A stretch of 64,000 bases of DNA from Blepharisma stoltei ATCC 30299 (taxonomy: Eukaryota > Protista > Ciliophora): positions 558,001-622,000 of the forward strand of contig CBFDEM010000011.1 of assembly GCA_965603825.1 (NCBI GenBank), given 5' to 3'. Of this stretch, positions 47,532-58,036 are shown piece by piece. Within the stretch, counting starts at the first letter, position 1. The number at the start of each line of letters is the position of its first letter. The notes below the pieces were generated by a model, which saw only the letters and a program-made list of their open reading frames with translations, was not told the DNA's origin and ran no database searches. The translations under genes and the position numbers were made by a program.

Positions 47532-48653
47532 ATGATCGAAATTAAGCCAATTCAGACGCAACCTATCAATTTTTCAACTAAAGCTAATCAGTCTTTCAAT
47601 GATTTGAGTAATTCTCCTTATTCAAGAAGATTGCAGTCTAGGAAAAAATTAACTAGTATAAAAAGTACTCAAGGGCTAAATAGAACTTCATCACTTTTAT
47701 CAACAAAAGCTTCAATGAAAGACAAAGAAGCTGATTCAACACCTCTTCCATCTATTCAGAACCCCACTTTTAAAGCAGCGGCAGCAAAAATCTATAAATC
47801 ATCAGCAAAGTTGCAAAAAGTCAAAGACAAGTTTGATTCAAACGAGGTTGTTATAAATCATCAAATTTTTGAAAAAATCCGGGATAGTTATATGGAAAAC
47901 CTCAAAAACAGTCCATCAAAAAATTTACACTTAAATATCCATTTAGAAGCCTTAGATGAAGTGTTAAAAGTTTTACCCACTATTCAAATTTTGAGCGACA
48001 TTAAAAATGGAATTATTAGCTGCCTTAATATTGACTTACAAAACTCCCAAAATTACGACACAAAAAATTTAAAAAAAGAATCTGATGAAAAAATTGCCAA
48101 AATTAAAAAGGAAAAAACAATTTTAGAAAAAAAATTAAAACAATTAAGCACAGAAAATGTTGATCTTGCTTCAGAAATCGATATTCTTAAAAAAGAGATT
48201 TATAGTTTAAAAGATTTTAGCTCACAGCATTCAAAGGCTCAGTACTTTATGAATTCTCTTATGGAAGAGACTAAAAGGAAAGGAGAGACGATAAAGCTTT
48301 TAAATGAAGAAATCCATAAATTAAGAAGAAAAGAGATAAAAAATCAAAATATTATTGATGCTATGAAAAAGCAAGGGGTTGACGTAGAAGCTGCAGTAGA
48401 ATCAATGAAAAAAGATAAAGAAAAAAGCAAGAATCTAGGCTTTAGGCTTAGAATTTCGACTCTTCCACCCGATAATGGATCACAAAATTCAGACTCTGAG
48501 ATTTCAGAAAATAATAACTCAGCAATTGGCGAATTTATGATGCCGAAGCTTTCACCAGTCCCTGACTTAAAAATCGAAAAAATTCGAAGAGACTCTTTCC
48601 AAGAATTTTTTGTGACAAACGAAAACTTAGAAAATTCTTGGCTTAGAGCCTAA
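47532..48653 (+). CDS. Coiled-coil family paralog 3 of 4 (ends ...NSWLRA)
   Basis: NSPY, LSTENVDL, LMEETKRKGETIKLLN, VPDLKIEKIRRDSF. Confidence 0.8.
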   Translation: MIEIKPIQTQPINFSTKANQSFNDLSNSPYSRRLQSRKKLTSIKSTQGLNRTSSLLSTKASMKDKEADSTPLPSIQNPTFKAAAAKIYKSSAKLQKVKDKFDSNEVVINHQIFEKIRDSYMENLKNSPSKNLHLNIHLEALDEVLKVLPTIQILSDIKNGIISCLNIDLQNSQNYDTKNLKKESDEKIAKIKKEKTILEKKLKQLSTENVDLASEIDILKKEIYSLKDFSSQHSKAQYFMNSLMEETKRKGETIKLLNEEIHKLRRKEIKNQNIIDAMKKQGVDVEAAVESMKKDKEKSKNLGFRLRISTLPPDNGSQNSDSEISENNNSAIGEFMMPKLSPVPDLKIEKIRRDSFQEFFVTNENLENSWLRA

Positions 48654-48938
48654 ATTTTGGAATTTAATGTAATCTAAATAGTAAGAACTAATACTAATAA
48701 GCAAATTCAAAAGTCTTTCCATTAAATTGCAGCTGAATTATTAAAACTTAATTATGAGCTTCTGTGGTTTATCATTCATGAAGTTTCAAAATAATTATGG
48801 TGAATAAAAAAGGAAGCTTACTATATTGAATTTATTATATTACCTTGTCTTAAATAATATCATCTATTATCACACAAATACTTTCTTCAATTAAAATAAT
48901 CATTTAAAAAAATTTTATTTTATTCTAAAATATTAAAA

Positions 48939-50063
48939 ATGTTACCAAAAGACACTGAACTTCCATCATTTAGTCTTCACACAATAAAAAACGCTCCAAG
49001 CTTGACATCTTCTCCTTATTCCCACGCTCAATTAAATATAAGGAGATCTCCCTCACCATTCCAGCTTAAAAAGCACTATAGAAAATTCACTCAAATTCAC
49101 CCTCCCAAGCTCAACCATCATCGTGAGGTCAGCAGCTGTTATTTAAGTCCTATAAACTCCCAGTCATTTATAAACCTTAATTCATCAAAAAACCTTAAAA
49201 AAGCAAATGATTCAGAAATGAAAAAGACTATGTTTAAGACTGATCTTATGCTGAATATAGAGGTTATAAACCAAATAAAAAAAAAGCTCAAAATTGGTTT
49301 GAAAAATTCATCTATATCAAATGATCAAAAAATTCCTCAAAAATTTAAGTCATGTGTGGATGCTTTTGATAAATTACTGCAAGCAATGCCAATTTTATCA
49401 ATCCTAAAATATTTGAAAAATACATTTATTGAAATTTATAATGAAAAATCTGACGAAAAAATACCTCAGCTGGAACAAGATAACAAAAAGCTTATCACGA
49501 AGCTACTTTTATACAAAAGGGAGAATAATTCTATAAGTCAAAAATTAAAATGTCTGTCTGATGAAAATATTACTTTGACAGAAAAAATCGACATTTTAAA
49601 CCAAGATATAAGAAACTTAAAAGAAACAAAAATAGGGCCTAGTAAAACTGTTTATGATATTAATTTGCTATTAGAAGAAACAAGGAAAAAAGGAGAAGTC
49701 ATAAGAGACTTAAATTTTGAAATTTACGATTTAAGAAGGAAGGAAAACTATCAAACTGAGCTGATTGATTTTATAAGAAATCAGAGTTCTATTGATTTTT
49801 CAGGAATTTTGATGAAGTTTGAAATAGAAAAGGAAAAAAATAAGTCCAAAAAAAGGCCGAGTTTGGTCCCTGCACTAAATCTGCCGAATAGTAATTTATT
49901 AGTATCGCAAAGGCTTGAAATGATGGAGGTTCCTAGTGATAGTGATAGCGTAGATGGGTCTTCGTCGTCAAGCTCTTATAGCAATAATGAAATTCTATGT
50001 GGCACGAAAAATCCACTTTTTTCTGATAAATTAATCACAAAAGAAGGAATATTAGCAGATTAG
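48939..50063 (+). CDS. Coiled-coil family paralog 4 of 4 (most divergent)
   Basis: TSSPY, LSDENITL, LLEETRKKGEVIRDLN, LVPALNL. Confidence 0.78.
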   Translation: MLPKDTELPSFSLHTIKNAPSLTSSPYSHAQLNIRRSPSPFQLKKHYRKFTQIHPPKLNHHREVSSCYLSPINSQSFINLNSSKNLKKANDSEMKKTMFKTDLMLNIEVINQIKKKLKIGLKNSSISNDQKIPQKFKSCVDAFDKLLQAMPILSILKYLKNTFIEIYNEKSDEKIPQLEQDNKKLITKLLLYKRENNSISQKLKCLSDENITLTEKIDILNQDIRNLKETKIGPSKTVYDINLLLEETRKKGEVIRDLNFEIYDLRRKENYQTELIDFIRNQSSIDFSGILMKFEIEKEKNKSKKRPSLVPALNLPNSNLLVSQRLEMMEVPSDSDSVDGSSSSSSYSNNEILCGTKNPLFSDKLITKEGILAD

Positions 50064-50128
50064 CAAACAGTCTATTCATAAATAAGTGAATAGGTACAAA
50101 GCTAGCTATATAAGTAATAAAAATAATA

Positions 50129-50731
50129 ATGGTAAACTTACCTAAGAAATTACTTTTAATAAATACACCAAAATCATCTGCAGCAAAACCTTGCAAAGTT
50201 GAAGTAGGAATTTCCTGCAACACTATCACTAAATACTCAGAAGAGCCTGTAGAGGAGGCCAAAAAGCTAAACAGTTTTATTCCAATTATAACTATACATG
50301 ATAATTATGCTGCAAATCGCCAAAAGACAAGATTATCAATATCTTCAAAAAGAAGCTGTATAACCCCGAAGGAAAAATTTATTTACCTTAATATAGGAGA
50401 AAACTCATTATCCAAACTAAAATTTAAATCCGAAGGAAGAGGTATAAAACGACTTTTTAGTAGAAGAGTGTCTGATACGAATTTAACCAAAAATAATAAA
50501 AAAATCTATAACTCTTTTGAGGTGTTGAACATTGAAACTTCATTATCAAAAATTTCTATGCCAAAAAGGCATAAAGCCCCTAAAAACTTCTATCTAAACC
50601 ATATTTGTAGCACAAAAAAATTGATTAAAAATCCCCAAGCCGACCAACTCAACGATTTTCTATTAACAACAGTTCGGATCAAAAAAATTGCGCTAAAGCA
50701 TGGGCATATATCAAGAACAAAAAGCCATTAA
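50129..50731 (+). CDS. Hypothetical basic protein, 200 aa
   Basis: ATG-to-TAA ORF filling the gap between neighbouring genes; no domain recognised. Confidence 0.55.
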   Translation: MVNLPKKLLLINTPKSSAAKPCKVEVGISCNTITKYSEEPVEEAKKLNSFIPIITIHDNYAANRQKTRLSISSKRSCITPKEKFIYLNIGENSLSKLKFKSEGRGIKRLFSRRVSDTNLTKNNKKIYNSFEVLNIETSLSKISMPKRHKAPKNFYLNHICSTKKLIKNPQADQLNDFLLTTVRIKKIALKHGHISRTKSH

Positions 50732-50743
50732 TAATTTATCAAC

Positions 50744-51571
50744 TTATGTAATTCTATTAATTTCAGTAATTTCAGGCTCATTATCAAATGTAGATGCCGT
50801 GATATCTGCTTCCTGCTCTTCCACTTCTTCTATTTCAAGAACCGGTGCTCCTCTAGCTTTCTGAATAGCATTTTTATATTTTTTGCATCAAGCCCCCATC
50901 TTTCCTACAGCTAAATTTGTGAATAATTTCCCAAGTGTGCTATTTGGTTCTGTTTGGTTATACATGGTAATTTCTGTTCTTTCATTTAGTAAAGAAATTA
51001 TAGTCACTCCGAGGTGTGTAGTTCCTCTATTGATGCCATTGATAGGGGGTTTATTTTCATTTTCTACCGAATAGGTGATGACAACTACTTTATCATTCCA
51101 AATGGATATAATTTTTTTTTCTATATAGTCTCCTTTGTATCCTAGAACTGATATTAAATAATAAATTGTGTAATTTCTCGGAAAATCACCTCCAATGATT
51201 TCGTAGATTTTAAAATTTTTATCTCAAGCCATCCTTTTTTCTGGTGTATTTAGTTCATCTAAAATTATTCTGAGCGGGACCCTTCCTTCTAGATGGAATC
51301 AAAGCTTGCTTATTGGGTATTCTGAATTATATTTGCTTCCTTTGAGTTTACTTACTTTGTATCAGTCTTCATCCTTAACTAATTCTCATTGGTCAGAAAT
51401 ATCCAGATCTTGGATATAATTAATTAGCTCATTTGATTTTGGATCATTTTCTTCTTCGAGAGTTTGTAGCTTCAAATACTTTGCTTCTGATATGAAGCTG
51501 TTTTTTGCTATATCTGTGTCTTGTAAAATCTTCTAAATAAAATTTACATCTCTTGAATAGCAGCACCCCAT
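50744..51571 (-). CDS. START-domain protein with MGCC dual-acylation start, 270 aa (absent from the ORF track)
   Basis: ATG GGG TGC TGC at 51571; intron 51533-51547; 5 TGA; PEKRMA-W-DKNF START motif, TYSVENENKPP...NRG; TAA 50744-50746. Confidence 0.82.
51533..51547 (-). other. 15-nt intron GTAAATTTTATTTAG (in-frame TAG)
   Basis: Consensus match; joins MGCCYSRD to a 260-codon frame. Confidence 0.88.
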
Positions 51572-51843
51572 TATATTTTGATCGGATTTTCAAAAATGGA
51601 AAAAATAATGGTAAATAGAGAATAATTTGTTTTTCATCTGAAGACGTCCTTAAATTAGGGCAATATTTTCCTAATTAATTCGTTTAATATTAATATCTTC
51701 TAATAATTTCTTTTATTATTCTTACTTGATTTAAAGTTATTTTTCACAAATAAATATATCATTCAGGATCTCTCTCAAGAGAAAATATAATTTATTAGAT
51801 ATTCTAATTAAGATTTAAGAAAGAATGCATAATCTTAAGGCAC

Positions 51844-53916
51844 TTAAAAGAAGAAGGCTAATAAGCTCATCACCATAGTAAGGATTGCTGCGGAGCTATG
51901 ATCGTCATTATCAGGTCCTGGTGGAGGAGGAGGTGAAGGCCCAGGTGGCAATCTTGACCAAAATGCTTGATTAATCACAGTTCTTACACATTCGTCATTT
52001 TCCATATAAGCTGGGAAATTTGTGAAATTCAACAAAGCCGAATAATAAATATTTGCATTGGCTCCAGTCATACTTGCGACCATATCTAAACAGTTAGTGT
52101 TAAATCTCAGCGAAGTATGGCACATTGTGATGGCAGAAAGCTTGTAAAGTGGAGAAACTTTATTAACGAATTGAACACCTGGTGGATCTCCAGCAAAGGC
52201 ACTGCAATATTTATTTCCGTATGGATTATAGCCACATTGGCATTGTCCAACAAAGGATTGACCATTTGCGTTTGAGCCCATACAATCATTGCTGGTTGCG
52301 CACGGAGCTCCAAATGAAGCAGATTTTGGTGGTGGGACACAAACACCTCTATCATCTTTTCCATTGTTATAGCAAGTTCCTGAGTTGCATAAATAATTGT
52401 TTCCAGAGACTGGGCAAGGCACTTCAGTTCCTAAAGGTACTGAGAAATAAGCAACACATTCTCCAATAGGGTACTCTTTAGTCGCATTGCATCCAGCATT
52501 TGTGACACAATCGTAGTCTGTAGCGCAGCCTTGCTGTCCAACTGGGATTTGAGGAACACATTGGAATACAAAATTAACCGAGTAGCAGTATAAGCCAGTG
52601 TTGCAATCGTAATCGTCATTGCATGGTTCCGTTTGAACTGCACCTCTGCATTTCCCACCAACGCATTTTCCAGATAAACAATCAGTATTTACCTTACATA
52701 TTTGGCCAGGATATAATGGAGCTGGTGTTGGGGCAGGTCCACAAGTGGAGTTCATCCACTCATGTCCAAAGGTTTCCTGGGTATTGCAGTACAATTTATT
52801 CGCACACTCTTTGATTGCGAATTTATTGCTTCCCTCTTGATAAGTGACACAAGTCTCAGTTGCCCATGGGTTCTTAGTATCACAGCCATAAGCTTTGCAC
52901 ATAAAGGACTGTGGAGTGACTCTATAGTAATCTCTATTAAAAATAACTTGGGTGCAGACGTCATTGTTTTGGTACCTTGCAATATCTGCTGACTTCAGCT
53001 CATTTTGAGTGAAATTTGCCAGTTGTGGAGGAGTCATAGTGTGGTATAAGCAGGACTGTGAAAATCTTCTCATAGTGTGGCAGTTAGCAATACCTACAGA
53101 GTTGACATGCTGGATCCAGATATCTTGAACAATTTGGTTTGGCTCATCTCCTGACCAGGAGTTGCAGTAACTTTCTCCAGTAGGGTTCATTCCGCATGCA
53201 CAAGTCCCAGTAAATGAGGATTTTGGAGAGTTTGAGCCAATACAGTCAGTGTCTCCGACACATTTTGAAGGGAATTTTCCAACTGTTTTGATGCTTGGCT
53301 GGCAGAATCCTTCTCCGTTTGTATTTGGCTTCTGCTGGGTGCATGAGCCACTCTGGCAGAGGTTTGAGACACCTTCTGATAGTTCTGTTACACACATGCC
53401 GATAGCGTCACCATTAGGAACTGAATAGTAAGGAACACATAAGCCAGGATTGTAAAGGGTTCTATTGCAGGCTAAGTTATTTTGGCAATCCCAATCAGAG
53501 TTGCAAGACTGTGAAATGCCTAATTGCTTTATGCAATGTCCAGCTTGGTTGCAGAAAAGTCCTACATTACAATCTGCATGAGAAACACACATTCCTCCTA
53601 AAGGCTGGCCTTGGCACAGGTTGTTCATGCAAGATCCTGAAAGACATTGATTGTTGGAGTGACAAAACTCGCCTGGGTAATTTAGCTCCATTGGGCGGCT
53701 ATTATCAAAAGGCTGACATGTGAAATTGTGGGTGATTTGTGGTGTCACTTGGCATACAGGATTTAGATTTGAAGCATCACACAATTGCATCATAATATCG
53801 TTTGTAGCTGTTGGGTATGCACATGTAGGACCGACATCGATGCCTCCTGTATGGCATTGATACTTAGGGCAAACTGCAAAAGCACCTATAGAGAGTAATA
53901 GCAAGGCTCTCCACAT
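51844..53916 (-). CDS. Cys-rich secreted, probably GPI-anchored surface protein made of two ~325-aa internal repeats, 690 aa
   Basis: Signal peptide MWRALLLLSIGAFA; duplicated motifs YPG.C...CLSG.C, DCN.GL.C, Y[YF]SVP.G, C.CG.NP.G..YC, CHT..RF; Pro spacer then HSS and a hydrophobic C-terminus. Confidence 0.88.
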   Translation of the reverse strand: MWRALLLLSIGAFAVCPKYQCHTGGIDVGPTCAYPTATNDIMMQLCDASNLNPVCQVTPQITHNFTCQPFDNSRPMELNYPGEFCHSNNQCLSGSCMNNLCQGQPLGGMCVSHADCNVGLFCNQAGHCIKQLGISQSCNSDWDCQNNLACNRTLYNPGLCVPYYSVPNGDAIGMCVTELSEGVSNLCQSGSCTQQKPNTNGEGFCQPSIKTVGKFPSKCVGDTDCIGSNSPKSSFTGTCACGMNPTGESYCNSWSGDEPNQIVQDIWIQHVNSVGIANCHTMRRFSQSCLYHTMTPPQLANFTQNELKSADIARYQNNDVCTQVIFNRDYYRVTPQSFMCKAYGCDTKNPWATETCVTYQEGSNKFAIKECANKLYCNTQETFGHEWMNSTCGPAPTPAPLYPGQICKVNTDCLSGKCVGGKCRGAVQTEPCNDDYDCNTGLYCYSVNFVFQCVPQIPVGQQGCATDYDCVTNAGCNATKEYPIGECVAYFSVPLGTEVPCPVSGNNYLCNSGTCYNNGKDDRGVCVPPPKSASFGAPCATSNDCMGSNANGQSFVGQCQCGYNPYGNKYCSAFAGDPPGVQFVNKVSPLYKLSAITMCHTSLRFNTNCLDMVASMTGANANIYYSALLNFTNFPAYMENDECVRTVINQAFWSRLPPGPSPPPPPGPDNDDHSSAAILTMVMSLLAFFF

Positions 53917-54122
53917 TTTAATATTTGCTCCAGCTTACAATATGGATTAAAAGAAGCATTTTTGCTGATTTTAAGAAGTTTTTATAGTTAATAAAGGGTT
54001 TTTATGCTTATAAATGTTAAGAATTATAATTTTATATATATTTTTAATGTTTATGCAATTCTGACTATAAACTTATATAGAAATTACCTGAAAATTACTA
54101 ATTTGTGTCATCTTTAGAGAAA

Positions 54123-54659
54123 TTAAGGCAGCACATACTCATATGTATCAGGAAAAGTCACTACAGTTGGCAAGCACTCTAAATTATATACAAAGCCAAA
54201 AATTGGTATGACCTCAATCCTTAGTTTCACAGCAGCTGTGATCCCTTTAAAGCTGTGCTTTTTAGTTCTTGCCACATATAGTCATTTTTGGTCTTTTGAT
54301 ACTAAACCTATAGGCCTTGTTTGATTTCTCACAGCATAGGCATCCCAAAAAATAACCTCATTCCTATCCAAGTCGTAATATTCTAATTCCAATCAATAAT
54401 ATGCATACTTTATGCTCCAATTATAAAGGTCTGTAAAATTCCCAAATATATCAAAAGTAAGCTGAGCCTCATCCCATCCCATCCCTGCATTTTTTACGAA
54501 TTTAAAAACTTTTACATTGCTGACTCTGCAAGCAAATGGCTGTTCAATAAATAGTGAAGTGCCTTGATTTATAGCGAGAAAAATTCCTAGTAAGCAAGCT
54601 CCAAAACAAATTGGTGAAAGGACTCTGCCCAAGATATTGTGCATTGAAAAGATGACCAT
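54123..54659 (-). CDS. SPCS3: Signal peptidase complex subunit SPC22/23 (SPCS3)-like, 178 aa
   Basis: N-terminal TM, DEAQLTFDI..NFTDLYNWSIK, then via TGA ...NEVIFWD...EVIPIFG...FPDTY; TAA 54123-54125. Confidence 0.75.
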
Positions 54660-54704
54660 TTTTCTTTAGTTTAATATATTAATGCAGGAATTTCAGAAAA
54701 TCTT

Positions 54705-55532
54705 TTATATTTGTGGAGCCACAACATGATGCAAAATTTTGTCTCCTGTGTACGCACTAAGCAAAATTGCTTCTTTTCCTAAATTCGCGACTTCTTCTTT
54801 ATTGAATTTAGATTTCACAAAATCTTTAATATCATCGTGTAGCCTATCAGTTTCTACATCTAGCTTATTTATATATGTTATACCTTCTTCAGCTAAGTTT
54901 TGATTAATTTGTAAAGCAACTAATTCACCTCGAGGTGGATCAGAATTATCAATTTCAACTAAATAATTTTCTAGTGTAAGTCTTGCTTGCTGCATCCTTT
55001 TTCGTATAATTGGAATTCCTGCATAAGTTTCTTTAAGCTCTTTCATTTTCTCTGCTAAATGTTCCCAAGCGACTACAATATTTCTTGAGTCTTGGCTTAG
55101 ATGTTCTTTAATAACAGTTATGTACGGTGGATTTTGTGAAGGTTTTATACTGGCAAGAGCTGATGGATCAGAAGCATAAATGCTTAGTAGCATAATAAAA
55201 ATTCCATCTGAAACTTTAAAATCTTTAATACACTGTGCATGACATTGAGAAAAAAAAGATTCCCTTACTGATGCTAACCCAATATATTTTTGTTTAATAA
55301 GAGAAATTTCGTTGTTTAAATCAAAAGCATTATAATGAATGTGTTTCACCCTCACATCACGCATTTTTTCTTTGAGTATCGAACTATTAAGATCTTCTAT
55401 ATGATAGACATTTTGGCAATTTACATTGTCTTGCTCACTCCCTGATGCATTTTCTTGAGGGATCACTCTCGGTCGCAATTCAGATAAATTTGATATAAAC
55501 GGATCTCCCTTCTTTATTTGGCCACATCCCAT
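54705..55532 (-). CDS. Hypothetical helical protein with MGCG acylation start, 275 aa
   Basis: Likely start is MGCGQIKK (ATG 55532); the track's 49-aa extension is AT-rich and looks non-coding. Confidence 0.7.
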   Translation of the reverse strand: MGCGQIKKGDPFISNLSELRPRVIPQENASGSEQDNVNCQNVYHIEDLNSSILKEKMRDVRVKHIHYNAFDLNNEISLIKQKYIGLASVRESFFSQCHAQCIKDFKVSDGIFIMLLSIYASDPSALASIKPSQNPPYITVIKEHLSQDSRNIVVAWEHLAEKMKELKETYAGIPIIRKRMQQARLTLENYLVEIDNSDPPRGELVALQINQNLAEEGITYINKLDVETDRLHDDIKDFVKSKFNKEEVANLGKEAILLSAYTGDKILHHVVAPQI

Positions 55533-55907
55533 TTTATTGTTAATTAGTTTATTATTTAAAACAAAATCCAGTAATAAATAAAACATAATGAATAAAAAAC
55601 TGATTTGGGCGAGCTTGGTAAAAATCAGATAATTGCGCTGATTAATAATGATAAGATATTCATAGTAATTAAATGACATTTTTGGCTTTTAGAAAAATAA
55701 TCATAAGGCTTATATATTTCTAGAAATTTAATCTCCCATTGTGTGGAGATTTGAAAAATTCATATTATAAAGAAAGTATAAGATGACTGAGATAATTATT
55801 ATAAAATGATGCGAAAGGAATAGATCGTTATGAAGCCTTTTGAATTTTGGGGGAATCATAGGGTTTAAGCTTGGTAAATATTTGAAAATTATTTAATTAT
55901 TGCAGCG

Positions 55908-56147
55908 CTATACACTTTTAGCTTGATTTGATGAGGAACGATGTAAAGAGACTGAATTATCAGCTAAACCCATTTTTTCTGGGGTAAAAATCCGAATTTG
56001 ATATTGCTTCCTCTTCTCGCTTAGTTTTAACTCTTTTTGAGAAGCTCTTAAATTTCTAATTGAATCATTTGAGGTTTCACAATATTTTTCCAAATCGATG
56101 CAACTTTTCGAGAGTTTCTTGGCGTTCTTAGTCATTCCGCAGCCCAT
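55908..56147 (-). CDS. MGC-microprotein paralog 1, 79 aa
   Basis: MGCG start; motif EKRKQYQIRIFTPEKMGL shared with the two neighbours. Confidence 0.75.
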   Translation of the reverse strand: MGCGMTKNAKKLSKSCIDLEKYCETSNDSIRNLRASQKELKLSEKRKQYQIRIFTPEKMGLADNSVSLHRSSSNQAKSV

Positions 56148-56767
56148 CTTTGAATTAATAATTTATCCAAAATCGTGGATTATTGCAGCCTTTCGAGATT
56201 TATTTAAATTATTTTTTTATAAATTTATAATTTGCCAGGATTAAAAGCAAAATCTTAAAGCTACTTTATTTTTTTAATATTTATTCTCCCTTTGGATCTG
56301 TCAAACTACTAGAAAAATCCTACCTTTAAAAATTAAAAAAATCCTTTGTTTTGTGAATAAAACAATTTTTTTGTATAAATAATGTCGCATATATTTAGTA
56401 AGGTCTCAAATTAATTATTAAATTAAGACTTTAAATATTTACCTCTAAAAAAATTATCAAATAAAAATTACTCTCTTTTAAGAGCGAGCAGAAAACAATA
56501 CTCAAACACGAAATGGGGAATAAGACAAATTATATTTTGTGCACTTAAAGAAAATTGAGGTTTTTTATCTTATAAGCTTGATAATTAAATATTCTAAAAA
56601 TAAATCCTGAATATTTTTCTTATCAGAATTATTTTTTATCATTTATGTTTCTCTAACGACAATTTTTCATCCATATTATAGTCAAGAACATATAAAAAAC
56701 GACTATCACACAACATTGGGGCATAAGGCAGCTAAAATTTAAGGTTTTATACATGTTTTTAGTTACA

Positions 56768-56998
56768 TTAAATAACACAGATGCTTTTTACATTGTTTTC
56801 TAAAGTATTGAGGTCTTCATGAAGTCCATCTTCTTCAGGAGTAAACACTCGAATTGTGTAGATTTTTCGTTTTTCAGGAAAAATTGCAGAACTTGCAGTT
56901 TTTACTTTGTAGTTTAATGATTTATCTGTAATATCAAGGCTTAAAGAACCGTTTTTGCTGCTGCTTTGCTTATTTTTTGAGTGAATTCCACATCCCAT
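56768..56998 (-). CDS. MGC-microprotein paralog 2, 76 aa
   Basis: MGCG start; PEKRKIYTIRVFTPEEDGL. Confidence 0.75.
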   Translation of the reverse strand: MGCGIHSKNKQSSSKNGSLSLDITDKSLNYKVKTASSAIFPEKRKIYTIRVFTPEEDGLHEDLNTLENNVKSICVI

Positions 56999-57844
56999 TT
57001 GCTAAAATTTAAATTTTTATGATAATAAAAATGCCTATTATTGTATAACTTAAATGGGTTTTAAGAAAATAGAGTGCTTTTAATCAATTGATGGTTTTTT
57101 TAGCTTTTTTCTAAAGAATTATTTAGTAAAGATTAATACTACTAAGTGCCTTCGGGAATTACAACGGGATTTAATTTAATTAGCTTAGCAATAACGATGG
57201 AATCAAATTGAATTTATTATTCCGACTAAGTAGTTTTGATCAACCAATATCTAGATTTAGTGATCACTTCATCCACTGATAGTAGTATCCAAAGAAATTA
57301 AGTATCTCCATTACTATCAGAGATAAGTAGATTTGAGATGGGTTTTAATTTTGATAATATAAAATCAGCTTTTAGGAAATGTTTAATTGCGTCATTCGAT
57401 CAAGGATTGGGGAGTAAATTGAATTATAGAATTGATATAATTATCCCAAAATAACAAAACTGCGTGATATGATATAATTACTTAAGACAAGATAATTATA
57501 AGCTTTTGGAAAAATTAAAAATGATAATTCAAAATTTAATTCAAATCGAAATGCTAATTAAGCATTTATACAATTACAAAATATTTCTCCAGATAAAATA
57601 ATTCCTTTTAAAAATTAGATAAATTTATTATATGTTATATGAAACTCCCTAGTCACTAATTTAAAAGCTTCAGAGTTTAAATATTTAGCTTTATCTTCTC
57701 TTATTACGATAATTCCTATCATCCTTCCTACCCTCACCCTCCTTACCTCTTTAATTGAACTTTTTTCATAATTTCATTTTCCTCCACACAATTATTCAAT
57801 ATCTGCTGACAAAGTTTCTTTTGCATAATTCATTTATTTATAAT

Positions 57845-57888
57845 AATTGCCCGAGGATGGCGCTATGTTGCGCCATCCTCGGGCAATT
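57845..57888. repeat. Perfect 19-bp inverted repeat with 6-nt spacer
   Basis: AATTGCCCGAGGATGGCGC-TATGTT-GCGCCATCCTCGGGCAATT. Confidence 0.97.
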
Positions 57889-58036
57889 TCTATAAACCCT
57901 CAGTTTCTTCAAAATATGAATTTTTTCTCATAATTTCAATTAAATAGCTAGAATTCTAAAGAAGAGCCATTAATTCTTTTTCAACAAAAATTATCACGAA
58001 ATTAGGTTATTTGATTAAATTACACCTAATTAATGA

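Noticed and set aside
50132-50146. Candidate 15-nt intron GTAAACTTACCTAAG right after the ATG
   Set aside because: Position 10 is C, whereas all eight supported introns have A; it is not needed to keep the frame open.
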